Source of the DNA: Octopus sinensis
Lineage: Eukaryota
Assembly: GCF_006345805.1 (NCBI RefSeq)
Contig: NC_042997.1
Span: 173,042,001-173,106,000, forward strand
Length of the DNA stretch: 64,000 nt
Direction: 5' to 3'
A program made the position numbers and the translations under genes. The notes below the pieces were generated by a model. It saw only the letters and a program-made list of their open reading frames with translations, made no database searches and was not told where the DNA came from. Below, one piece after another: positions 52,441-64,000 of the stretch (the first letter of the stretch is position 1; each line of letters opens with the position of its first letter).

Positions 52441-52680
52441 AGGGCACATGACTTGGTGGTTAGGGCGTTGCATTCATGGATGGTAGATCATAATTTCAGT
52501 TCCTAGACTGGGTGGTGCATTGTGTTCTTCAGCAAAATACTTCTTTCCATGTTTCTCTGTAATCACCTTGACACCTGACGTGTGGTACACCATGCACTTG
52601 TTCAGACAATGTTGATTTGATAGAGAGAGAGTGAGTTAATGTGTGCAGCGCAAACGTTTGATTACTTGTGCAGATCATGT
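52441..52680 (+). mobile_element. tRNA-derived SINE
   Basis: GGTGGTTAGGGCGTTGCA head and AGCAAAATACTTC, shared with the 11080 copy. Confidence 0.65.
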
Positions 52681-54661
52681 AGAGGATGCTGTAGAGAGGG
52701 TATAGTATCTTTGCTGAAACTAGAATTTCATCTAGCGACTCGAGTTTAAAGTCACTCATAATATATACATCCACACCAACACACACACACACACACACAC
52801 ATATATAAATATATAAACACAAAGATAGCGAGAAGTTGAGGTTACAAGAGATAATGGTGTCATTGAGACCCAAAGGTGTCAGGTAATGCTGAATAAGTGC
52901 TATAGACAGACCATAGTTAAGTTCCAGATTTGGTAATATTGCGAATAAAGGGTTCAACGTTGGTTCTATGTCAGCGTGTGTATATAAGAATTTGAGGAGG
53001 TAAATATAAATACACAAACAATGCTCAAATGCCCTATATTTCTGACCACATTATTAATGTGTGTGTATGTATATATACACAACACACACACACTTGGGAA
53101 CAGAGAATCAAAAGGCAAATTAATGCAGTGAGAGAGAAAAAAAAGGAAAAAGAATGGAAAAAAAAAACAGGGGTAAAAGGTGTGGTGAATGAAGTCTCCA
53201 GTAAACCAACCAAATTACTGTACTTGTCCAACTATCACATGTGTTTCCTATTTCAAAAGCAAGCTCATTCTCTATTTCGCCTCCCTCCCCTTCTCACCCC
53301 TCTCTCTATATTTGCGAGGGTGAAGTCGAAGAAGGTTTGCAAAATTCCTCAAAATAAAATAAGAAAAATATGGGGGTGGAGAATGAGAAAAGGGAGGAGA
53401 ATGTGAGAAGTAGGGAAGCAACCAAAATGTAAATGATGTTTCCAATTTAATTTAATTGCCCTTTCACAAAAATTCCATCAATTCCTTGCTAAGTACATGT
53501 ACCCACATTATAAACTGTACCCAAGAGTAAAACCATTGCTGATAGAGGAGAGTGTGTCTTCATCGCATTCGTTTTATTGTTGCTATTATATCTTTTACAT
53601 TTTCCCTTTTTTTTTTTTTTTTGTAGTAATTTCTACTCTTTATATTTTTCTAATTTGATGTGCCTTCCTAATTAGCAAAAAATAAATATATGAATAAATA
53701 AAATTAAAAATTTAAGATTTTTTTTTTTTATTTCTGTTTTCATTTATTATTATTATCATTAACAGCACAAATCAAACTGACAACTACAATAATAACGATT
53801 AGAAAGATTCTGACAAAAGCTTTAAAATTTATATATTTTATTTCTTTTTTAAAGACGTTCACCCATTAAGCATTTTCAAGATGGCTACCTTTTATGCAGT
53901 CATACATTGAAGAAGTCATTTTGCATTCACTGACAAATCATATCTTGCGCTTTTACCAACATAAATAAATAGAAATACACTCTAAAAGTTCATTTCACTA
54001 TCAAAGTCTTAATATTTGAACAACTCTAAAATGATATTTTTTTTTTAATGTTCCCATATTTTCATTTTCTAAATTGTCACATCTACATCTGTTTCCAAAC
54101 TAATACATACACCATGATGGTGCATAGAAAAATGACCAGGCTATGAAGGTTTAGACCTTTAATAATTTCACCCCCTTTATAATGTACAAGGATGACTGTA
54201 TGGTTAAGAAGCTTGCTTTGCAATCTTGTAGTTGCAGGCTCATTTTCATTGCGTGGAACCTTGTGCAAGTGTCTTCTAATATAGCCCCAGGTTGACCAGT
54301 GCCATGCGAGTGAATTTCATAGACAAGGATCATGTGAAGGCTGTTCTATATATGTATGTATGTGTCTTTGTGTTTGTCCCCAACTCAATGCTTGACAATT
54401 GGTATCAATTTGTTTATGTCCCTATAACTTAACAGTTCAGCAGAAGAAACTGATAGAACAAGTGCCGGACTTCTGAAGTATTTTTTGATTAATTGAGGAA
54501 ATAACAGCAAAATCTTCCTCAGATCATACCTTACCAACTCTTTTACTCTTTTACCTGTTTCAGTCATTTGACTGTGGCCATGCTGGAGCACCGCCTTAAA
54601 AAGAACCAGAAGAAATGCCACTGGGCATTTTTGTTGGGCGTGGTAACGATTTAACCAAGAG

Positions 54662-54806
54662 GAAATATGTATCCAAGACTATATATAAGTCTAGGTACAT
54701 TATATATTGAACTACTGAGACAACCATACCAACCTAGAAAAACAAAGAGAAATATGTATTCAAGACTATATATAAGTCTAGGCAGATTATATGTTGAACT
54801 ACTAAG
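54662..54806. repeat. 87-bp-period tandem duplication
   Basis: AAATATGTAT(C/T)CAAGACTATATATAAGTCTAGG...TTGAACTACT at 54663 and 54750. Confidence 0.9.
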
Positions 54807-54995
54807 ATGATCATGGCGCCAAAAGATTTGATTATATAGGTCTGCTGAATCAAAGTTAACCAAGAGCTAAACAACTAGATGAGACTTTAATAATAAGTCA
54901 AACATTCATTAACCACAAGACAGAATACCAAATGATAAATACCTCACAGAATATGGAGGGGGGAAAACAGATTTGTGTAGATTCCAATCAGTTTA

Positions 54996-55035
<40 letters not shown>

Positions 55036-55165
55036 ATGTATATATGGAAACTACAATTCAGAATTATCAGATTGATGAAAATATTTATTTCGAATAACAT
55101 TTAACAGAAATATAAATTCATTACAAACAGCAGAAAGTGAGAAAAGGTAAATACACAGAAACACA

Positions 55166-55213
<48 letters not shown>

Positions 55214-55499
55214 TACATATACACAGAGTGCTGTTGTAATAACAAATGTAGCAAAATGATTTATCCTGGAAAAGCGCCTATAAAAGAGGGAGAGAGAGAG
55301 AGAGAGTGACAGAGAGAAAGAAAATCGAAATTATATGCCAAACAAAGGTATCTGAGGGGACAAAATGAGACCAATAGTGAATTCACAACAATAGAAGGCT
55401 AATGACTTCTTTCCTCTAACTCAGTAAGTATGGTGTACATGTGAGCCTGTGCTATATAGGTGTATGCATACACATGTGTATTTAGTTTACTATAAGTTG

Positions 55500-55500
55500 T

Positions 55501-55581
<81 letters not shown>

Positions 55582-55836
55582 CATACATATATATAGATAC
55601 ATATATATACACATACATACATATATATAGATACATATATATACACATACATACATATATATAGATACATATATATACATACATACATACATATATATAT
55701 ACATACATATATACATATATATATACATACATATATACATACATATATACATATACACATACATATATACATATACACATACACAAATACATATACACAT
55801 ACACAAATACATATATACACATACACATACATATAT

Positions 55837-55877
<41 letters not shown>

Positions 55878-55905
55878 TACATACATGTGTGTGTGTGTGT
55901 GCATG
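55500..55905. repeat. Compound (TA)n/(TACA)n microsatellite
   Basis: Direct inspection. Confidence 0.95.
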
Positions 55906-56399
55906 TGTAAATATATTCACACACACGCATATAATACAGACACATTATAATTATCGCCATCATCATAATCATCCTCATCGTCATTATTATTTTGAAAGAG
56001 CCATGAAATCAAACAAGTAAACCAAAAGACAGCCATTTATTCTTCCATTGTTTGTTTTTCAATAGCACCTGTAATAGCACAGAGATGTGCTGACATTTAT
56101 CAAAATTTAAGACAAGAAAAGGAATGGGGAGGTAGACATAATATTCCACACAGTAGCTGCAGCTTTTGTTGAGAGCATTGCTACTATTAGCTGCAGTATC
56201 ATTTGTCATTTAACGAAAATGTTTGACTAACTAATTTATGAGACAAAAATTCTAAAACAAGAACAAGTTCAGCAAATGACTAGAACCAAAAATCATTGAA
56301 ATAATAATAGTAGTATATGAAAATATTGAGGTGTTGATGAAAGATGTTACCATTGAGAGAGCAAATAGATAAAAAGGTAGGAATGGGCCATGGCTTCTG

Positions 56400-57126
56400 A
56401 CTGGAAAAGATTAGAAGTCTCCACAAGAAATCCAAGAGAATTAACTGTATAGCTGTGGTTGAATAACAGAACAGAACTTGGTTGATTGAGAGGCAACTCT
56501 GCCTCAGATTACTAAATATATGTCTACTACTTATGTCAGTAATCCTTATAGGGATAATTGTAGAACAGGTATAATACCTAAGAATACTTGATGAACAGAA
56601 AGGCTGCAGGTAAAAAAAAAAAAAGAAAACAATGAAAGACCAGTTGAGAAAGTCATTAAGATGGCTTTGGCAAAGTACAGAAAAGAAACGACAAATTCGT
56701 GCATCATGTGAATTGAGCAGGGCTTAGAATTTGTTTAAGATTTCAAAAAAGATATCTGTTAGAAAATGCATGCAACATTGTGAAACATTAGGGGAAACAT
56801 TAGAAGAATCTTTCAATGGGACAACCACTCTCCTAACTCTTCTGTTATTGTACTGATACTTTTGTTGATTACATAAACAAAGCTGGAGTAGGAACCACTA
56901 AGTAGAGAAAAGATGAGTTGAAGGATATCAATAGGAAGACAAGGATGTAACTTATACTGCACAGAAGCAATCTGATATTGGCTGGATATGCTAGAAAAGA
57001 ACAGCCAAAGGACAAGTGTTAAAGAGTGTCAAAAAGCAAGAACTAAAGAAAGCAAGCCTAGGTATCTATCTAGAAGAAAAAAAAATTGGAAAGATTTTTT
57101 TATAGAATGAGACACCAAAATAATGC

Positions 57127-57163
<37 letters not shown>

Positions 57164-57870
57164 GGGTCAAAATTTGAAGGAAACATGCTTTATTCAGTGT
57201 TTTACAAAAACACAAAAGAGATAAGAAATTACAAGAATGGTTGGATCTGGTTAAAGAAAAAAACTATTGAAGAGAAAAGTTCAAGGAATGATTTTTAACA
57301 ACACAGGAACACACACAAAGAGTAAATAGACTGCAAGGACTGTTCAACTAAATAAAGGATGTGCAATGATATAGATGATACCACAAATAGTTTCAAAATT
57401 CCCCATCTAGTACAAAATGCATACAAACAGTGAAGGTATGGTAAGATTGTTCCAATAATTAACTGGAGTTTTTGTAAGAATTCCGTTTTGCATGCACAGA
57501 AAAGAGGTACAACCATTTTGTGAGAATAAGATTGAAAGTTCTCAGAAATGATGACGGGAGGCTGTTAAGGAACTTTCCTATTCAAACTGGAAAGACAAGG
57601 GAACACAACAAACAGGATATTGGAATTGTTGATAAGAAACTATTTTTGGTAATCAGTGAGGCAAGTCCATTTGATACCAGAGGCATGAAAAAGGAAACAC
57701 TTGAAGTATGAAATCCTTAAATGCTGAAACTAAGATGTTGGCATGGTCATGATCATGTCAATTATCGATAGGGCCTTGGGTGCAGTGGAAAAGAATTTGA
57801 GAGCAAAGCTAGAAAGTTTCACCTGGAAGTGGGGGTGTAGTGCAACATAAGAACAGATACAACATAAAGG
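56400..57870 (+). pseudogene. Heavily decayed Dong/R4-like (RLE) non-LTR retrotransposon
   Basis: Remnants of the RT motif GIFQGDSLSPLLF (~56805-56860), LVQNAYKQ*RYGKIVPIINWSFCK (CCHC-adjacent RHD region), NFPIQTGKTREHNKQDIGIVDK...ASPFDTR (PD-D/ExK RLE) and ALGAVEKNL. Confidence 0.8.
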
Positions 57871-59089
57871 ACTTTTAGAAAGAAGGGTCCAAAAATAAAT
57901 AAGTAAATAAATAAATAAATGCTCTCTATCCTAGATAAGTTGTAGTTAGATAGAAAGCATTGTTAAACTGGTTACAATAAAAAAACCGCGTAACAGCAGA
58001 AGAACAAAAAAAAAAATATCAATTTACAAGACAAAGCACATTTGAATAAAAAGATTAATGAGGGTAGAAGAACATGAAGATTTCAATGGGAAGTAAAACA
58101 ACTGCCTTTAAGCTACACAAGTATTTAGGTTGGATGTTTTATAGGATACAGGAGAATGTTATCTGGGTCACATTACCATAGTAACATTCACTTAGTTAAT
58201 GCTACAGATCCCTCTGCCGCCTCAAATTTAAGTGCCGAGTCCTTGTTTAACATGAAGGGGTTAACTGAACATTTACTAAATTCATAAACTCTAATCTCCA
58301 GAACAATCTGGAACAAGTCTAGCCCAATAGGTTTTGAGAAGAGTTTAGATTGTGACAGTTCATTAGTCAAGTGATTAAAGCAATTCTAATTAAAAACGAA
58401 AAATTAAAATTCTAAAACACCTGCAACCTTTGTTAAGATAATTAGTCAGCCTGTCTTGCTACATCGTAATAGTCATTTCTCATCTTAAGATCCATTCTTT
58501 ATTCAATGATACTTATAATTTCAATATACCAGTTATTTCTCACTTCTGCTGTTATGCAGTCATAACATATAATACAATATTATCATATCATTAGCTAGAC
58601 CTGTCATATGTGTGATCTTCCTGGTTGTATCACCAACATGTGATGGAACAATTAATGCTGTTCAGTATTTAAAAAGTTATATGCTTAAAAGATTATAATT
58701 TTTTAGGCTTGTCTTTCACTTGTTTCAGTCAATGGACTGTGGCTAAGCTGGAACATTAACCCCAGTATTTAAAAAAAGAGTCAAGACTCTTGAAAAGGTT
58801 GCAAGACGCAACGAAAATTTTTAGGAAAATAAAAATAAGAAAATAAGTGGAAATTTTACCGGTGAGTGTGTTAAATTATAAGGTACAAAAAGAAAATGAC
58901 TCTCCCCAGACATTTATATAGATTTTCTAAAGCTTTATATAGTGCTTTTTGAAAATATCCTTCTGCAACTATATATATATATATATAGCAGTTTGCCACA
59001 GCACACAATTTTGAGGATCACTGTATGTCTGTCTGTTTGCCACAGAGAGAGGAGGGAGAGAGAAGAGAGAGAGAGAAGAGAGAGAGAGA

Positions 59090-59460
59090 CTAAGAACTTT
59101 GTAATCATGTGGTTTGATGTTTAGTATCACAGTGCAACATCTTGGGTAAGTGTCCCCTACCACAGCGCTGGGACCAACCGGGGCTTTGTGAGTGGATTTT
59201 GCAGATGGAAACTATGTAGAAACCTGTTGTATATATAAATATGTGTGCCTTTATGTTGTGTTTGTTCCCCCCATTGCTTAACAACCTTGTATTGGCTTGT
59301 TTAAATCCCTGTAATTTAGTGGTTCAGCAAAAGAGGGCCAATAGAATATGTACCAGATTTAGAAGATAAGTCCTGAGGTTGATTTGTTTGACTACGCCCT
59401 TCAAGGCAGTGCTTCAGATTAATTGCAGTTCAATGACTGAAGCAAGAAGAAAAGAAAGAA
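59090..59460 (+). mobile_element. SINE family A
   Basis: CTTGGGTAAGTGTC, GTGAGTGGATTTT, ATGACTGAAGCAAG tail. Confidence 0.8.
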
Positions 59461-59476
59461 ATGTGCAACACACTGT

Positions 59477-60005
59477 CATCATCATCGTTTAACGTCCGCT
59501 TTCCATGCTAGTATGGGTTAGACGATTTGAATGAGGGCTGGCGAACCAGATGGCTGCATCAGGCTTCAATCTTGATCTGGTAGAGTTTCTACAGCTGGAT
59601 GCCCTTCCTAATGCCAACCACTTTGAGAGTGTAGTGGGTGCTTTTACGGGGCCAGTCAGGCGGTACTGGCAACGACCTTGCTTGAATCTTTTACACATGC
59701 CACTGGCACAGGTGCAAGTAAGGCAATGCTGGTAACGATCACACTCGAATGGTGCCTTTTACGTGCCACCGGCACGGAGGCCAGTTAGCCGCTCTGGCAA
59801 TGGTCATGCTTGGATGGTGCTCTTAATACCCTACTAGCACGGGGCTCCAGTGCCAGTAAGGCAACACTAGTAATGATCACACTCGAATGGTGCCTTTTAT
59901 GTGCTACTGGCATGGAAGCCGGTTAGCAGCTCTGTCAACAATCATACTCCTATGGTGCTCATTGCACCCCGCTAGCACAGATGCCAGTCATCGAATTTGA
60001 TTTTG
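59477..60005 (-). mobile_element. SINE 3' region with internal tandem array
   Basis: CATCGTTTAACGTCCGCTTTCCATGCTAG tail; repeated GTGCCACCGGCAC / CACTCGAATGGTGCCTTTTA units. Confidence 0.85.
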
Positions 60006-60006
60006 A

Positions 60007-60251
60007 TTAGTTTTAGGTGGTTTGTTGTTACTGATCAAATAGTTACAATGAAAAGCATTCTAAACATAGTTTGTTCCCTCTTTTTCAGACACATTGTATT
60101 CTAAGCAACATTATGCGTACTGTATAATGTCGGTTAGAATACAATGTGTCTGAAAATGAGGAGAAAAAGAGGGAACAAACTATGTTTAGAATGCTTTTCA
60201 TTGTAACTATTTGATCAGTAACAACAGTAACAATAAACTACCTAAAACTAA
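60007..60251. repeat. Fold-back inverted duplication (110/130-bp arms, 5-nt loop)
   Basis: 60007-60116 pairs with 60122-60251 apart from 11- and 9-nt indels and a few substitutions. Confidence 0.95.
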
Positions 60252-60440
60252 GGCATTGCTTAGGTGTAAGCTTATTGCTTCAACTCCCATGAACTTATGA
60301 TTTTATAATGACAATCTTAACTAATTATCTACCTAGCTATCTTGGTACATTACAATTTCAGAAGGAGGAAAAAAATCCATAATTAAGATTTATGTGAAAG
60401 ACTTCTAAAAAATTTAGTACAGATACAGATTACAGACTAA

Positions 60441-60474
<34 letters not shown>

Positions 60475-60511
60475 AAGTGTGTACGTACGCACACACACAC
60501 GTGTGTGTGTG

Positions 60512-60545
<34 letters not shown>

Positions 60546-60548
60546 TAC

Positions 60549-60777
60549 GTGGAGGCGCAATGGCCCAGTGGTTAGGGCAGCGGACTCGTGGTTTTGATTC
60601 CCAGACCGGGCGTTGTGAGTGTTTATTGAGCGAAAACACCTAAAAGCACCACGAGGCTCCGGCAGGGGATGGTGATCCCTGCTGTACTCTTTCACCACTC
60701 TCTCTTCTGCTGGCCTGCTCGCTTAGCCAGCAGGGTGGCGTCATCGAAGGCTAAAACAATGGGAATGCATTGTGACC

Positions 60778-60778
<1 letters not shown>
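60549..60778 (+). mobile_element. GC-rich tRNA-derived SINE inserted in a TA/CA microsatellite
   Basis: A-box TGGCCCAGTGG and B-box-like GGTTTTGATTCC; flanked by microsatellites. Confidence 0.8.
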
Positions 60779-60828
<50 letters not shown>

Positions 60829-60981
60829 TGCACCTGTGCCTGGACATGAGTGCACACATACTCACACACACAATTGGATACCTGTATAAAAATTTAGAAC
60901 ATTACAAAGTCTCAGCAATAGACAAAAGAGATTTTTACAACATATCTTCTGAACGTTTCTGTTAAAATTTAGTTGATCTTA

Positions 60982-61015
<34 letters not shown>

Positions 61016-61704
61016 CTGCAAAGCAAGCACAAACACACACATACTTTCTGTCTCTATTTCAGCTACATTAAAATTCTTCTTAAATGCTTATTTTCAGAAA
61101 AAAGTCAAAATTTTTTTATCACTATTTTAACCAAATAATTCAGTTTTTCTGTTACTGGTTGCAGTCTATAGGCTGTAAAAAGTTACTCGGGCACAAGAAC
61201 CCCTGCAGATAAATTGATTGGATACAAGAATAATGTCAACAGACTCCCGGGTACTTCTTGGACTAAATCCACTACTTTCAGTGAAACTACTAAGCTGTTA
61301 CATATCAAGAGTGAGTAACTGAGTGAGTAGATGAATTAGGGATACAAACACTACAAAGACTTTTGCAGACATTAGAGAGAGAGAGAGAGAGAGAGAGAAA
61401 CTAAACAAAAAGGAAGATAAAGAATGGGGATGAGAATGAGCAGTTAGAAATGCAAAAACTCAGCAGACAAAGCAACATTAACAACAGAATTTATTAATTT
61501 CATCTCTTTGATGATTTGACAAAGAGGTAGGTTGAAAGGGTTAAGTAGAAGTTGGTCTGCAGACATTGATTATTAGAATTAAAATAAATTCTCTTGTATC
61601 ATTATATGAGTAAAAATCAAGCACGCACACAAACACACACACGTGAACATTTTGCTCCAAACCCATTCACTAGCCTTGCACCTTTTTCTCTAAATCTGAT
61701 ATGA

Positions 61705-61933
61705 TTAACCCTTTAGTGTTCACATTATTCTGCCAAAGTTAATACTTTTTTATCCACATCGTTTTGAACTAATCATGTATTATCTTGTAGTTATGAGATT
61801 TTGATGAGGTAGCTGTTAATTTTTAAAACGATATTGTAGGGTTGGTCTGAGAGACCAGATCTGGCCATTTTGAACATAAAACAGGCAGAATACTTTTGGC
61901 CGGAAATGGCCAGTTTAAATGCTAAAGGGTTAA
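61705..61933 (-). mobile_element. piggyBac-type MITE (family P2)
   Basis: TTAACCCTTTAG...CTAAAGGGTTAA with intact TTAA TSDs. Confidence 0.9.
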
Positions 61934-62288
61934 AGAAGCTAGAGGAAGGAGGTATGCATGGAAAGAAAGAGCCCACTGGGCCCCAACTCTGCTATTACAT
62001 GACCCTGTTGTAACAATAGATTTCATGACAAAATTGGCCTAATAAGGCACTTCAGGACTCATAAAGTGCAATGCTGATAACCGGGTCATCTTCAGAGACA
62101 TGAAGGATGAAACTTATAACGTATAAAATTAAACATCTATGCAAGTGCATGCCCAGTAGAATTTAAAAACTATAAATATTAATTATTAACTGCAAAAAGC
62201 AAATAATTTCAAATTCATTATAAAAATGCTAATTTAAGGTATATAATTAAAAGCACATCAGACCGGCAATTTCTCTATGAATGAATGA

Positions 62289-62289
<1 letters not shown>

Positions 62290-62321
<32 letters not shown>

Positions 62322-62325
62322 GTGT

Positions 62326-62416
<91 letters not shown>

Positions 62417-62420
62417 GTGT
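62290..62420. repeat. Long (GT)n microsatellite with a (GC)n patch
   Basis: Direct inspection. Confidence 0.95.
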
Positions 62421-63098
62421 ATTACTGGCTGAACTTTTTGTAGGTATGAGACTGAAAGCAAATAAACACACACAGAAAAATCGTTATGTCTCAGAAGTTC
62501 ATTAGATCTGCTCTAATTAGAACTAAATTTGTTTTGCTAGTTCCAATAGTGAAACAAATCTTAAGACCATTTGGTCATATCATTTTCATACATAATTAAT
62601 AACATCATATAGTCTATGAATTAGTTAAATTAGTAAGCTTCCTTCGAATACTGTACTTTGTAGTACTTAAAAAACACAAGGTAGGCTGCACTATTTAGGC
62701 TTCTTAAGTGTATCGTATCCTGTGTCCATGATCATAATAATGCAAGATGGGCAACAAGCTGAGGAATTGCTATCACCTAGTTTGACTAGTCATTGCCAAT
62801 CAAGACATAATAAGCCTTTAACCCTACACTAAGAAAAGCAATGTGAGTCGGTTAGGATAGTGAGATTTAGCTGAGTAATAGGTAAAATGCCTATATCCTA
62901 TCACGTTCTGAGTTCAAACATAGCAGGGACTGACTTTGTATTTCATCTTTAAGTAGTGGGGTTGATATGCATTACGTCATTTCAACCGGAGCACAGCCAT
63001 AAAGCATTTCGTCGAACAAATCTAAGCCCAGTACTTATTCTTACGGGCTCTTTTGCCAAACTGCTATGGTACCAGTGTTGGTTTCTTTACAAACAGTT

Positions 63099-63227
63099 AT
63101 TATTTTTGAAGGAGATCACGCGGTCGTTAGCCTCAAATCGCCAGGCCCGGTTGGCGTTTGTAAGATGCAGCATTGCGGATGAATGAAACCAGTTTAACCC
63201 ACCCCGGGTGAATGCTGTCAAGTCAAG
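63099..63227 (-). mobile_element. 129-bp retroposed GC-rich fragment with 15-bp TSD
   Basis: TSD TCTTTA(C/T)AAACAGTT at 63084-63098 and 63228-63242; A-rich 3' end on minus. Confidence 0.75.
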
Positions 63228-64000
63228 TCTTTATAAACAGTTGAGGGTAGACACACGCAGTCAAGCAGTAGAGGGCAGACACACACACACTGGTCTTCTA
63301 CACAATTTTCATCTATCAAATGCATTTAGTAAATCTATTTTAACAAGTTTATTCCTTCTGATGCATATTCACTTCGTTTAGCAATGAATTTGATCTAATA
63401 AAATCATAGTGAAATCTCAGTGCTGTAATAGGTTATTGTTGCATTTTGGTAAAGTCATATTAATTAAACTATTTGAGCTATGCTCAGAATTACTAATTCA
63501 AAGGATGAAAAACAGAGGGGACACACACAAACACACACAAAGCAGTGCTGTAAATAATGTCTTCTTTTTTTCGAAAGACAGTAGCAGTTAAAAGTTATAT
63601 AGATTCCTCTTCAACCGTGAAGAGGAATTGGAATACTTGAAATCATGTGTGTGTGTGTGTGTACACAGATGTACAGACATCTGAATGTCTTTGTGGATGG
63701 TTGGCTGGCTGGCTAGCCGGCTGGATGTTTGTATGTGCTCATGTCTGCACATGTATGTGGAAATAACCGAGGAAAGTGAAGAGATGATGGTTAGAAAAAA
63801 AAAAAAAAGATATAAAATAGGTGGCAGTACAAAAACAGTAAACTACCCCTATTAAAAAAAAAAAAAAAATCTGGTTATTCAATTTATTTATTTACTATAT
63901 TTATTTATATACATATTTTTATTATTAATTTCAGTTTCATTATTTACATCACTAAGCTCCCAATGTCGTTTCATTACAGCATATTAACTTCAAATGGTAA

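Noticed and set aside
52529-53406. 162-aa and 125-aa ORFs
   Set aside because: They span a SINE, CA repeats and A-runs, and the composition is not protein-like
60549-60610. tRNA gene (also other SINE heads)
   Set aside because: A/B boxes without a full cloverleaf, continuing into a SINE body

Overview
AT-rich eukaryotic DNA, very probably from an octopus (coleoid cephalopod). This call rests on recognising its abundant tRNA-derived SINE families and the dense TA/CA/GA/ATT/GAT microsatellites, not on a database search. I can support no intact protein-coding gene: nearly all supplied ORFs are microsatellite or SINE translations. The window looks like a very large intron or intergenic region, and the apparent excess of poly-A runs on + hints at a minus-strand host transcript. 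It contains SINEs, TTAA (piggyBac-type), hAT and Tigger-type MITEs, a Helitron-like relic, and decayed RTE and Dong/R4 (RLE) LINEs. The most unusual item is at about 35.17-35.56 kb. There an orphan 42-47 nt piece of 28S rDNA covers exactly the R2/I-PpoI/Pokey target site and is fused to a GC-rich structured retroelement-5'-like segment, and the unit is bracketed by inverted repeats. Several near-perfect local fold-back duplications (6.1, 27.6 and 60.0 kb) are candidate long dsRNA/ADAR substrates. Coordinates of decayed repeats are approximate; exon candidates are speculative.
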